A stretch of 64,000 bases of DNA from assembly GCF_006345805.1 (NCBI RefSeq), contig NC_043011.1, positions 2,356,001 through 2,420,000 of the forward strand. Reading direction: 5' to 3'. Origin of the DNA: Octopus sinensis (taxonomy: Eukaryota). Positions 40,466-52,929 of the stretch are shown here, in pieces; positions within the stretch are counted from its first letter, which is position 1, and each line of letters begins with the position of its first letter. Both the position numbers and the translations under genes were made by a program. The notes below the pieces were generated by a model that did not search any database, was not told the DNA's origin, and saw only the letters and a list, made by a program, of their open reading frames with translations.

Positions 40466-40789
40466 AAGGGTTTTTCATTAATTAATAGGAAGGTCTTGTA
40501 TCAAGTTTAATTCTTAAACCATTTCCACTTTCGATTATTTTCATATCCAAAAATTTCTAGCTTTAGAATTATTTATTCTCAGATCATTCTCATATCCACT
40601 TGTATTTATATTTTTATGTAATTTTGGTCAAAGTACTCTGTTTTTTAATTCTGTTATCTCTTGTTTTGTTTCTTGTTTAATTTTGCTTGATTTATGATCT
40701 CAATAGTTTCAAAGTTTATTTTTGTTTGTTATTTGTGTTATTATTATGCATCCTATCTTCTAAGTGTTCAATTTGCGTGTTCCATATCT
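40466..40789 (-). repeat. Inverted copy of 44016-44338
   Basis: Reverse-complement alignment by eye shows 1 substitution and one 1-bp indel over 324 bp. Confidence 0.95.
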
Positions 40790-41349
40790 AGCAGAATGCT
40801 AGAATGGCCATTCAAGTAATTGCCTTCCTGTACTAGTAGTGAATTCTAAGTATCTGACAATATTTTAGTTTCTTCATCTACCTGCCTGTATTTTCCCAAG
40901 AATTCAAATGATGCCAACCTGCCTGAATCTGGCCTATGCATATTTAAATGAGAATTTCAATGCAAATCTCATTAGTATATTTATGAAAACACCTGATTTC
41001 ATTACTTAAACAATTGAGCTACACTGTCTGACATTATTTTACATGCTATCTGAGTGCTGTGAATTTTTGGAGATTTCTTTACATTTTGTCACATTTTGGT
41101 TTTCTAAAATGTTTCACTATGAACAAAAACTGGATGCCAGTTTCATGTTGTCAAGCAGCAAATTTGAATTCAAAATATTTTCGAAAGAAGACAGAATAAT
41201 ATATGGTAAACCTAAAAATCATGTGTTTGATGTTTTTTTTTTACTGAATGTGAATCAATTCCAACAGTTCAGATAGCGTTGGTGGTGGTGGTGGGGAGGG
41301 TTAGAGTTTTACTTTAAGAATTTAAAAATTTAAAAATTTGATTCTTTTA

Positions 41350-41576
41350 TCATTATTAAGGCAGCAAACTAGCAGAATTGTTAACGCACTGGGCAAAATG
41401 CTTAGTGAAATTTCATTTGTCCTTACATTCTGAGTTCAAATTCTACTGAGTTTGTCTTTGCCTTTCATCCTTTTGGGGTCAATAAAATAAGTACCAGTTG
41501 AGTACTGATACTGATGTAATCAATTTTCCCCCTCCTACAAATTTCAGGCCTTGTGCCTATAATAGAAAAGATTATT
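41350..41576 (+). mobile_element. SINE family D (Nin/Deu-domain-like)
   Basis: GCCTTTCATCCTTTTGGGGTCAATAAAATAAGTACCAG core and AAAAGATTATT tail. Confidence 0.75.
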
Positions 41577-41760
41577 CCTCTGCCTTAGCAGAGCTATTGT
41601 TTTCAGTTGTGTTTGTTTGTTTATCCGTGGACAAGATATCTCAAGAACCACTTGATGGATTTGGATGAAACTTTTAAGGGTGTTTGGCCACATGACTAGC
41701 ACGAACTGACTAGATTTGGGGATCGATCCAGTACCGGACAAGGATTCTGGATTATTTGTT
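41572..41760 (+). mobile_element. Helentron-associated (HINE/DINE-like) element remnant
   Basis: TTATT start, short hairpin CTCTGC-CTTA-GCAGAG, (TTTG)n microsatellite, then GATATCTCAAGAACCACTTGATGGATTTGGATGAAACT. Confidence 0.55.
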
Positions 41761-41983
41761 ACATTTTCTTTACTTTATATAAAGTGTTATAATCACACGT
41801 TGACTTTCAAGTCTTTCTCTGATTATCTCACTTATATTATATATTATACATAGATATTAACATTTTACAGTATACTGATATTACCTAATATATGAGTGTC
41901 TGTTGTTTTCTGACACATGAAAATTGTTTTTTTTACGTGTGCATGCATGTATATATGTATCCAGCTGTCTATGCACACATACA

Positions 41984-42086
<103 letters not shown>

Positions 42087-42284
42087 TTATATAAATGGGT
42101 GTTCTAGTTCATAATCTAGAGAGGCCCTATCACAGTAACTACCAAAGTATTTAGGCACTGAGAAATATTATTTATGGTATTTTGCAATTTACTGCAGACA
42201 TGTTTCAGTTTGGGGATTGTGATGAAGCAAATACTAAAATTTAAATAATTTTTTCCCCTTACCACCAGCATCACCATACTGGCA

Positions 42285-42533
42285 CCTGCGTCAGTGGCAT
42301 GTGTAAAAGATTCGAGTGAGGTCGTTGCCAGTGCTGCCTGACTGGCCCCTTACCAGTGGCATGTAAAAGCACCCACTACACTCTCGGAGTGGTTGGCGAT
42401 AGGAAGGGCATCCAGCTGTAGAAACTCTGCCAGATCAAGATTGAAGCCTGATGCAGCCATCTGGTTCGCCAGCCCTCAGTCATACGTTCAACCCATGCTA
42501 GCATGGAAAACGGACGTTAAACGATGATGATGG
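42285..42533 (+). mobile_element. RTE-tailed short element (family C)
   Basis: Same core and (GAT)n tail as 10779-10973. Confidence 0.85.
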
Positions 42534-42879
42534 TATATATACATAATTCTAGACATCGATCTATTTTCTCATTTGTGAGAGCAGTCGAATTTATTTCAGA
42601 TATTCTCATTTTAAAAATCATATCTGGCTAATCAATGAGTGGATGTTGGTGTTGCCTTGGCGGAGGTTTGCGTTCTCTGATTATTATTGTTGTTATAATG
42701 TAGAAACTATGAATAAATTCGAAAAATCAATGGGTTGCAATGCTACTTAAGGACATTTCTGCTGGCTTCTCAAGCATGATCAGTAAACAAGTATTACCTG
42801 AGTCTACTGGCTGTGGACAGCTGGCACTTTTCCATCATACCCAGCAAAATAAAACTGAGATTTTTCATGATAAATAATA

Positions 42880-43100
42880 ATAATAGTAATGATAATCCTT
42901 TCTACTAAAGGCACAAGGCCTAAAATTTGTGGGGAGGGGACTAGTCAATTAGATCGACCATGGTGTTTCACTGGTACTTAATTTATAGACCCAAAAAGAT
43001 GAAAGGTAAAGTCAACCTCGACAGAATTTGAAGCCCAGAACATAGCAACAGGCAAAATACCACTAAGCATTTCATCTAGCATGCTAACGATTCTGTCAGC
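42880..43100 (-). mobile_element. SINE family D
   Basis: Reverse complement of 41350-41576. Confidence 0.75.
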
Positions 43101-43104
43101 TCAC

Positions 43105-43105
43105 C

Positions 43106-43189
<84 letters not shown>

Positions 43190-43275
43190 GTGGTGGTGTT
43201 GGTGGTGGTGGTGGTGGTGGTGGTGGTGGTGGTAGTGAAGAAGAAGAAGAAGAAGAAGAAGAAGAAGAAGAAGAA
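43105..43275. repeat. Compound trinucleotide array (AAT)n(GAT)n(GGT)n(GAA)n
   Basis: Directly visible. Confidence 0.97.
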
Positions 43276-43399
43276 TTAGAGGGAGATGGTTAGTTGATTA
43301 AATTAATTTTAGTTCTTGACTGGTATTTTATCAACTCTGAAATAATATATAGTATTTGTACTGGTGGCAGTTGCAGCAGGTTTCTGCTGAATAAATAGA

Positions 43400-45420
43400 T
43401 TCCACTACTGCCACTTCACGGCGCTGAAAAGAATCTGTCATCAACAAAACAATGAACGTAATTGCAAACAAAAGACAAAAGTTTAGGAGGAGACCAAGAT
43501 ATTATATTAACTTATTTAATGTGCAGTATTCATAAGTCATGTACTGGTAATATTCACCTAAATTGAAAACTGGTCTCTACATATAAACAAACTGCTGGAG
43601 CACGTTGTATCAAATGCTCCTAAATGCAGTTTATGGCTAATATTATTAACAATATGAACAAAAAACTGCAACACTGGTTTTTGTATGTGATGCATAAAAA
43701 AATATGTAAAATAGATCATATGTAAATGGCCATCAGCCACAAAATATTCCAGTAGTTGACCATAATGGTAGCAATTTAAACAAAGGGAAAGCAGTTATTC
43801 TTCATGTTCTGCAAATAAAATAACAAAGCATCAATATACAAGAAGAGTATTTAGAATCTTTTCATATCACATAAATATCTCACAATTATACTCCAACATT
43901 AAAAGGAGACTCCTACAGCATATATCTAAAGAGAAGCAGAAAATAACCTTACTCTAAAATAATTTTAATCTCCCCAGACCAACCAATTTTAAAAGATACA
44001 TACTTGAAATAGAAAAGATATGGAACACGCAAATTGAACACTTAGAAGATAGGATGCATAATAATAACACAAATAACAAACAAAAATAAACTTTGAAACT
44101 ATTGAGATCATAAATCAAGCAAAATTAAACAAGAAACAAAACAAGAGATAACAGAATTAAAAAACAGAGTACTTTGACCAAAATTACATAAAAATAGAAA
44201 TACAAGTGGATATGAGAATGATCTGAGAATAAATAATTCTAAAGCTAGAAATTTTGGATATGAAAATAATCGAAAGTGGAAATGGTTTAAGAATTAAACT
44301 TGATACAAGACCTTCCTATTAATTAATGAAAAACCCTTCCAACGGTTAAAATGACCAATAAAATAGCAAAAGCAATAAAAAGCATAAACTTTGACCTGGC
44401 CCATCTTAAACTTACTGACGATAAACATGAACAGTAATATCCTTTCTACTATAGGCATTAGGCCTGAAATTTGGGGGGAGGGGAGTAGTCGATTGCATCA
44501 ACCCCAGTGTTCTACTGGTACTTAATTTATCAACTCCAAAAGGATGAAAGACAACTCAGAAGGTGCAGACAGATGAAATGCCACTAAGCATGTTGCCTGG
44601 CATGTTAACAATTCTGTCATCATCAGAATACATCAATTAGTTTATGCAGAAACTAAAATAATCATGAGGAAGAGTACTTTACCAAAACTTTTATGTATTG
44701 GAATACCTAAACATTTGCAAATGTGCAACACACATATATACAGATTTCAGGAGAGAATAAAAGAAATGCAGCATTTCTCCTTCCTGACGCCATCATTTAA
44801 AATACATGTGTGAAACAAAAGAGAAATGAATATGCCAGAAATGTTACATAACAAAGGACTTACACAAAATCAAAATGTGTTGAAGACATCATAGCTGCTA
44901 ATCTATAAAGAATATTCTTTATGAATGGTAACAATTCAGTGATTCTAATAAGTTTATCTCCATCTCAAAATGATTTTGAAAAGAACTAGGTAAAATCTAA
45001 ACAATGCCAATGGAAAGAGAAAAAGCAAGATTTGGGATTTGCAAGAATGTTAGTTGAAATGCTATAAGGAAGAATGATAAAATCAATAAGCACAATAACA
45101 GAATAATCTTGGTAAGAAAGAACAATAAAAAAATTTTCTCATATACAACAACCCTTTAAGAAATGAGGAAATGCCTAACTTTTGGCTAAAACACCTAATA
45201 AGAGCTTACAAATTATTTTCAAAAACATCCAACATTTTACTGAAATTCTTGGAATTCATAATCAGTGAACAAGGGAGGAAATATTGTCTTAATCCCTCAG
45301 ACAAAGTTACACAACCACAAACGGACTCACAAAAGATAAATAAAACAAAACAACATACTTCAAAAGAATAGGTGTGATCTTGAAAATGTTCAGGTATTAA
45401 TCAAACTACAAATGGAGGCT
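43400..45420 (+). mobile_element. Decayed R4/Dong-like LINE (N-terminal part to start of reverse transcriptase), interrupted by a family D SINE at ~44435-44620
   Basis: KIAKAIKSINF...IHQLVYA across the SINE, MPNFWLKHL (cf. PGxDxIxNFWLK), and an LIP.T...QP-like segment. The 5' boundary is uncertain. Confidence 0.55.
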
Positions 45421-45759
45421 TTAGAAAGAAATGGAAGTTTGAATATGTCACGTATTCATTGTAAGAAAATAGCACTGAAATATGCATTATATATACTGTA
45501 TATCTATATCAAATATTTAGTTTTTCAATGTAGTAAAAAATAGAACACTAAAAGCTAAAAAGAATAGAAAAAAAGAAAAAAAAGCACAAAGTGATATGCT
45601 CCAGTGGGAAGAGAGAACAATCACAACAACAAGAGCAAATAATTACTAATAATTCTTTATAGTTTCCACACAAGGCCAGCAATTTTGGGTGCATCATTTT
45701 CATCAATCCAAATGCTCAAACTGGCACTTATTTCAACACTTTTGAAGGGTTGAGATGCA

Positions 45760-46560
45760 ACGTTGACATTGGTGCAATTTGAACTCAAAATGTTTTTCTT
45801 ATTAGTGGTGATGGGGATGCTGGAGTCGCTATGGATGTTGTTGTCTCAGCTGCTTTTGTTGTTGTCTCGTTTCACAACTGTTGGCGTAGTTGCAGTTTTG
45901 GTTCTAACTGATGGTAATTTTGGTGTTTCTGCTGTCTCTGTTGTTGATGATGATGATGATGATGATGATGATGCTAGTATGTTGCTGTAGTTGAGGGTGT
46001 GTTGTTAGTAGTGGAAGTGGCCATTGCTATTTGGAGGTAGTGGGGAGAAGTCTCTAAGGTGCCTTGTAGCTCCACAAAGGTTGCATTTAAGCTTTCTTCT
46101 TTCTACAACAACTCATAGTTCGACTCCGTTGGGCAGCTCTATAAGGTCTGAGATTTTTTTCTATGTTCTTGGGCTTCACATAGAGCAGAATCTCTAGGTT
46201 TATTTCTGCTGCTTCATTTGACTCCTAGGTGTGTTCTGTTTTCACTACCCCTGTTGTCCCTCTGTATGCTTAATGTCATGCTACCACTGGTGATGGTCGT
46301 GGGAATGGAGGGATCCTGCCACTTTTGATTTTTTTTCTGTCATACTATCTGCTTCTAGTAGTCCTATATTATTCAGGTGGTTGTTGTTATTATTGCTATT
46401 GTTACTTCCACTGTTACCACCCTCTTCCTTCGACTCATTTAGTGGAGCGAGTGATGGAAGAGGAGGAAAGTCTTCAGCTGTTGTAAGGCAGGTGGGAAGA
46501 ACAGTTCTCCCTCTTGATGCTCCCACAATGGGAATTATTGACACCGTTTTTTTAAAACGC
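45760..46560 (-). mobile_element. Decayed LINE ORF1 (Tx1/L1-like) with CCHC knuckle remnant
   Basis: LIELPNGVEL*VVVERRKLKCNLCGATRHL followed by a low-complexity T/S/N-rich tail. Stops and frameshifts. Confidence 0.6.
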
Positions 46561-46931
46561 TAATTGAGCATTTTTTCAAAGACAAAATATTGCTCCTTAC
46601 AGAACAAAAGAACCACAGAGCACCAGTCAAAAGATTTCTGGTGTTTTTAATAACAAATTATCACAAAAATTAAAGGAACTGACTTGTAAAATGTAAAAAT
46701 GTGGATGAATCCTGACACTAACAACTAAGAATAGAACAGAAAGAGGGAGGATTATAATTTACAGTTGAAGATCTTAAGATAAAAGAATGTCATAGAGATT
46801 CATTTACATTCAGTAAAGTAGACAATTGGCTCTGAGAATCACATTAACACTTTTAGACATTTTTGGAGCAGATGCTCATAATGGCTCTTAAAATGCATCT
46901 AATTTTCTTTTCTATTTAGCTACACACATAT

Positions 46932-46964
<33 letters not shown>

Positions 46965-47257
46965 ATATATATATGTATATATATATATCACATGTATATA
47001 TATATATATGTGTATATATATATATATATATACACATACACACACACATATACATGTATATGTATACACATGCATACTTTGGAATTGTAAATTTCGCACT
47101 ATTAATTTAAGATTTAAAAAGGAGGGAAAGGATATAAAAACATATAAATGAAACAGACAGGAATGAAATAACTATAAAGACATATAAAAGAGTAAATACA
47201 TTATAAAGAGAGGAGAAGGGCGGAGATTGAAGGAGAGTAAAAGAGGTTTATAGAAAG

Positions 47258-47341
47258 AAGGGGCAAGTGTCTTCTACTATAGCCTCGGGCCAACCAGCCT
47301 TGTGAGTGGATTTGGTAGACAGAAACTGAAAGAAGCCTGTC

Positions 47342-47389
<48 letters not shown>

Positions 47390-47605
47390 TTGTGTGTCTA
47401 TGTTTGTTCCCCCAAAATCGCTTGACAACCAATGCTGGTGTGTTCATGTCCCCATAACTTAGCGGTTCAGCAAAAGAGACCGATAGAATAAGTACTAGGC
47501 TTACAAAGAATAAGTCCTGGAGTCAAGTTGCTCGACTAAAGGCGGTGCTCCAGCATGGCTGCAGTCAAATGACTGAAACAAGTAAAAGAGTAAAAGAGTA
47601 AAGAG
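47258..47605 (+). mobile_element. 5'-truncated SINE family A
   Basis: Matches 25230-25566 and has a (TAAAAGAG)n tail. Confidence 0.85.
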
Positions 47606-48049
47606 GGAATGACAGAAGAAGAATATTACACACTGGTCATCCTAAATTAATAATGAAAACAAGTAAAAGAAAAAGATAATGACCAGCAAAATATGAACAA
47701 GCCAAATACTAAAATTCATATATCTAATACTTAAGTGATTTAATAGAATAAATTACTACAAAGAGTTATATATACAGTGATTATATATACAGTGGTTGAT
47801 GTAAATACTATGAAGATATTCCAATACTTGAATCAAAGTCAAAATTATACAACTAAACTATAGCATCTGTTATTATATGTGAACTATGGTTGGCTAGAGC
47901 TCTTAGATTATTCACTGTTACAACAATAGTAATATTGGGTCACATTAAGCTACAAGAAATCTACTATTAACGATAAATATTTATGGCTTATGGTTTTAGA
48001 TATGAGTACAGTAATCAGAAATGATAGAGAGAACAGGTTAAAAAACATC

Positions 48050-48370
48050 AAAAGGTGTCCCGTATGGAATGCAAGCATTTTAATCCAAACTTTACCTTAT
48101 AATTTCAAATAATTTCATACAATGAAATAGTCACCTTGCACAGAAAATAAACTGGTTCCAGCATTCCTACACTTTTGAAGTTTGGCCTGGAAGTCATTTT
48201 CCATAATTGAGTTCAGGACCTTCTGCGATTTACTCTTGATCTTGCAGATTGTGTTAAAACGACAATCTTTTGTGAGATGTTTTGTGCCCAAAATGGAGAC
48301 GCACACCAGCCAATCTATGTGATCGGCTTGAAAAATCGTTGAGATAGTAAGATATTTTTCCTAACATGAA
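48050..48370 (+). mobile_element. Mariner-like 5' end remnant
   Basis: Resembles mariner 5' non-coding sequence (TTTGGCCTGGAAGTCATTTTC...TTGTGTTAAAACGACAATC). Recognition only. Confidence 0.35.
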
Positions 48371-48479
48371 ACCAATGGTAATCTTAAAGCAAAACTAAAG
48401 AAATTTTATCCACCAATTTGGTGTTGAGTACTCACTTTCATTGTTCGACATTTACATACATATCTGTGTGTGTGTGTGT

Positions 48480-48960
48480 GTCTTCACTACTGCTAGATGA
48501 CCAGTGCTGGTTTGTTTATGTCTTTGTGACTTAGCAATTTGGCATAAGAAACCAACAGTATAAGTGCTAAGCTTAAGAAAAAAGAACTCAGGTCCATTTG
48601 TTGGTCTAAGGCCTTTCAATGTAGGGCCTCAGTGTGGCTGTAATCCAAAGACTGAAACAAAGACAAGAGGAAGATATATTAAATGGACAATAACATTTTC
48701 AAGAAGTAAAAATACGTGTAATTTCATAAAAATATTCTTTTGTAAAGAAATTGTTTTTGAAACCAGAAAATTTATTTTTTTATTTCCTAGTTCCAGGTTC
48801 AGTTCCATTGCATGGCATGTTGGGCAAATGTCTTCTACTATAGTTCCAGGTCAACCAAATCCTTATGAGTGGATTTAGTAGATGGAAACTGAAAGGAACC
48901 CGTCATATATATATATATATATATGTCTGCGTGTGTGTGTGTGTATCTATGTGTATATGC
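48480..48960 (+). mobile_element. Two degenerate SINE family A fragments
   Basis: Tail-half fragment at ~48490-48670 and head-half fragment at ~48790-48950. Confidence 0.6.
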
Positions 48961-49136
48961 CTTTGTAATTAGAGTAAAGATTATTTGCCAACATAATATG
49001 GCAGTCCTGGTTTAGAATGAACGTTGCTGTAATTTAGCTTCATGGGACATCGTCTCCAGCTGGCTATACGACATGATCTGTGTCCTTATATTTTCGAGCT
49101 AGGACATTTAGCACCCCCACTCAGCTCCAAACAATA

Positions 49137-49181
49137 TCTGTGTATCATGATTTCTCGGTTATTTCCTTTCATCAGCACAGA
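49137..49181 (-). ncRNA. Minimal type I hammerhead ribozyme motif (weak stem II)
   Basis: Minus strand TCTGTG-CTGATGA-AAGG aaataa CCGA-GAAA-T CATG A-T-A-CACAGA: intact core, 6-bp stem I, palindromic stem III ATCATGAT, AUA triplet. Same position as 30099-30144 within a homologous repeat. Confidence 0.72.
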
Positions 49182-49676
49182 ATAATTCTTTGGTTAGAGG
49201 TTTATATTTTATTATCATAATAAAATATCAAAACACAGAGGGGACAATACAGGATATTACAAACAAATAGTGTTCAAGAGTTCATTTAATGTGATTTTTA
49301 AAATATGAGGATTTATATTAGATACAATTAAAATTTTGCACTTTGGCCATGAAGTCCACTGACTACACCGTACTCCTTTACTATAGATGAGATTATGTAG
49401 TGTCATTCACTCCCAAAATCCTTTCCACATCCTTCCATCTTTTTCTGTATACACTTCATGACAGATGTCTTTTCTCCAGCGCTATCCTGCTCTTCAGATG
49501 ATATTTGAAGTATAATAGCAAACCAGAGTCAGAAATGAATATTCCCATCATGACTCCTTTCATTCTAGTTTTCCATATACACTCTTTCAGTACTGCAACT
49601 GTGCATAAAAAATATGCCTCACCTTCCTTTGGTAGTCCGGGTAGTGGTGCAACCTTTATCATGGACTCAACTGATA

Positions 49677-50946
49677 CGAGGGGCGTTCAATAAGTAATGC
49701 CCCTGACCCGCTTCCCATAGCAGTAGAGCAACGACACTTGGCACAGTTATTAGTCTTTTCCTACATAGGAACTACCCAGAGTTATGCATTTCTCCCATCG
49801 TTTGATACAGCTCTGGAGACCGTTTTTGTAGAAGACCCCAGCTTGGTCCTCCAACCACGACGTGACTTCAGAAATCAAGGCTGCATCATCTGGGAAACGC
49901 TTTCCTTTCAAAATCAACTTCATGGCTGGGAAGAGGTGAAAATCAGAGGGTGCAAGGGGAGGAGTTAATAGCTGCACGCCTGTGCTTCTGATCTGGCGAC
50001 ACGCGAGTTGTGGACCGGAGCGTTGTCCTGCAGGAGGAGGATGCCTTTGCTGATCTTGCCCCGCCTCTTGATTTTGATAGCTTCTCTTAATTTCCTCAAA
50101 AGTGAAGCATAATAGGCTCCTGTAATTGTGGTACCCTTTGCCAGGAAATCTGTCATCACTACTCCGTCCTGGTCCCAGAAGACTGTGAGCATAACCTTGT
50201 CAGCGGAGGGCTGCACCCTTGCCTTCTTTGGAGGAGGTGAGTCACGGTGCTTTCACTGCATTGACTGGGCTTTGGTCTATGGATCATAGTGATGGACCCA
50301 GGTTTTATCCTGTGTGATCAGTCTTTTGAAAAATTTTGACTCATCTTCTTGGCACATCTCCAAATTCATCCTCGAGCACTCAACGCGTTCTTGCTTCTGG
50401 AAAGGTGTGAGCAACCTGGAAATCCATCTGGCAGACACCTTTTGCATATGCAAATGGTCATGAATGGTAGTTTCCACAGACCCAGTACTAATCTTGACCT
50501 TATGGGCTATTTGGCGAATAGTTATGCGTTGACCTTCCAAAATGGCAGCCTCAACTTGACGGACAGACGTCTCATCAACGGCAGAAGGGGGCGACCAGAT
50601 CTGGGAGCTGTTTCCACAGAGTTCCGACTATGTTTGAATTCACAATGCCAGCGTTTTACAAGGTCATATGATGGGGCATCATCACCATAAGTTACTTTCA
50701 TTTCATCAAAAGTCTCCCGTGGTGTGCGTCCTTTCAAATACAAAAACCAGATCACTGCTCGACACTCAACAGGCTCCATTTCACACTTGACTCAGTTCAA
50801 ACACCTGTAAATCAGAAACCACAATTAGTTCAGAGCTGTAATTCGCCACTTAATCAATAGAGGTATAAATAAGTGCACATGCAAAATTTCAGCTAGATCA
50901 AACAACTGCAAGTGGGTCAGGGGCATTACTTATTGAACGCCCCTCG
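49677..50946 (-). mobile_element. Full-length mariner transposon (1270 bp), inactivated
   Basis: TA TSD (49675-76 and 50947-48) and perfect 33-bp TIRs CGAGGGGCGTTCAATAAGTAATGCCCCTGACCC. Confidence 0.97.
49750..50779 (-). pseudogene. Mariner (DD34D) transposase pseudogene
   Basis: MEPVECRAVIWFL HTH region, ARWISRLL (WVPxxL), ITQDKTWVHHYDP, LLQDNAPVH, and LAPSDFHLFP with the HPPYSPD part deleted. Frameshifts and stops. Confidence 0.93.
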
Positions 50947-52929
50947 TAGCTGTACTTTTCCTAGATGTGACAGCACATGTTCTGCATAAATGATCAAACT
51001 TGAAAGCTCCAGGCACTGTACAAGGGCATGCAGAACAGTTTCATCATCCTGCCTGCACCTTGGACATGCCAGTGGCACAGACATTCCATGCCTAGACGGT
51101 TTATCATGAATAGGTAAAGCACTGCTATAGCACTGTCAGGTCAGGGATTTCTGGTAGTTATCCAGGTAGCCCAGCACAAAAGTTCTTTGGAACAGATTGG
51201 CTAGCTGGCCCTCATCGAGCCCCAGAGTTTCTACTAGGACGTCATCCCTCTTGAACTCTACCAGCCCACTATAGAGTTTTGAGGTGGTACGCCCACTGCT
51301 AGCTTTGCCCACCTTGTGGATTAGCATGAGTGCCTGTCAGCACAATTTTTGCCATTCGGTCAGGTTATGTCTTTTTATGAAATTGGATTTGAATTCCTCC
51401 AAGGAAAGACTCTGCCAGTGGACTCCACACCTGATCACCCTCCAGGCAGAGCCAGCGGTGCCCCAGCCTCAGTGCATGTTTGCACATCATCCATCATCCA
51501 CAGTATCCCTAACCCACCCTTTAGTGGTTTTTGGCTGCAGAGTGCCTAATAAGCGGTTTTCCTCCCCTCTACAAAAAGCAGAAGAGAAGCGGAGACAGGG
51601 AGCACCCCTGACGAATCAAGCACTCGATTCTAAACAGCACCGACAGGTAACTGTTTATCTGTAATGTAGATTTGATGCTGCCATAAATGGCAGTGATCCA
51701 ACTATGGAAGTCTGGGCCTAACCCAGCTGCCTCGAAGACTGCCACCACATACTGGTGGTCTACCCTATCAAAAACTTTACTCTGGTCTAAATGGACTGGT
51801 GCCTCACTTTTACCAGATAACTCACCCACCCTCTCTAAGGTGTAGCACAGGGGATGGAGATTGTCCTGGATTGACCTGCCTAGTATGGCACATATCTGCG
51901 CCCTCCCAACAAGTTTCTCCACGACACATGCCAACCTCTTAGCTAGCACATTGGCTAAAATCTTTAATTCCACATTAGATAGAGTTATGGGCCTAAAATT
52001 ACTAATATGATCCCCCTTGCTCAGGTCTTTTCTGATCAGTGTCACCACTCCCTGACTCACATCTAGGAATCCTCCCATTCTATTGTCAGTTTGTGTAGAC
52101 ACAGGCCAGCAAGTGCCCAAACAAGTCTGGCATGCTACAATAAAATTCATAGGGCAGACTATCCAGCCCCAGTGATTTTCCCCCAGTGCACTCAGCTAAT
52201 ACCTTTTCGACCTCCACAGCTGTAATCGGCCCCTCACAGCATTCCACCTCCCATGCCGAGAGTCATAGACTACCGACGAGGAAGTCTCTTAGGGGCTTCC
52301 CATGGTCCAGCCTACCATGTTCTCCGAACAACCGGGCAAAATGCTGGTGAAAAGCCTTTTGCATCTCCCCCTGTCCTTCCATTGAATTTCATGTTTGTCC
52401 ATTAAAGGTTTGATAGAGGCTTCTCTGCCTCTCTGACTCTCCACATGACATGCCCATCTTCATTTCTCAAAGTCATGGTAGACAGCTCCTTTGCCATATT
52501 TTCATCTGTGACTTGCGCTTTGACCATGACATTCCTTCTTCCACAGCCGATGTAAATTATTTTATTCCATATAGGCGCCAAACCTATTTCTCTATTACCT
52601 CACTTTTGCACGTCAAAATTCTTTTCTCCTTTAAACTGTATGACTTGTATGATACTGTTTTTGCTGCAATGTTTTGCAAAATCTCTTGAGGAGGGAGTAG
52701 CTTCGTATCGTTCTTCATTTTTTTCACAAGATTCCTGTATTTGAACAGTTCAGCTATTGTTACATCCAATGTTATCATATTGCCACCCACAGGAGCTGAA
52801 AACCTTGGTTCTTCCTTTGGTACATGTTTTACATTTTCATTATTTTTTTACTTTTCCACCTCCGGGAAATCCTCTTTTGACATTAAATCATACTCCATGG
52901 CAAAAACATTATCACTAAAGAAAACTATT

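Larger units (their letters stand above)
49430..52560 (-). mobile_element. Decayed Tx1/L1-like LINE ORF2, interrupted by mariner
   Basis: GKSLGLDSLPYEFY, NFRPITLSNVELKILA, LDQSKVFDRVDH, IRQGCSLSPLLF, and a C-terminal CPRC...ETVLHALVQC. The frame reads GKVQL|SVESMIK across the mariner insertion. Confidence 0.9.

Noticed and set aside
43590-43680. YQMLLNAVYG resembles the KxxxNxxYG motif of Polinton/adintovirus protein-primed DNA polymerase B
   Set aside because: No conserved lysine, no downstream YxDTDS motif, and the region is better explained as the 5' part of a decayed R4/Dong LINE.
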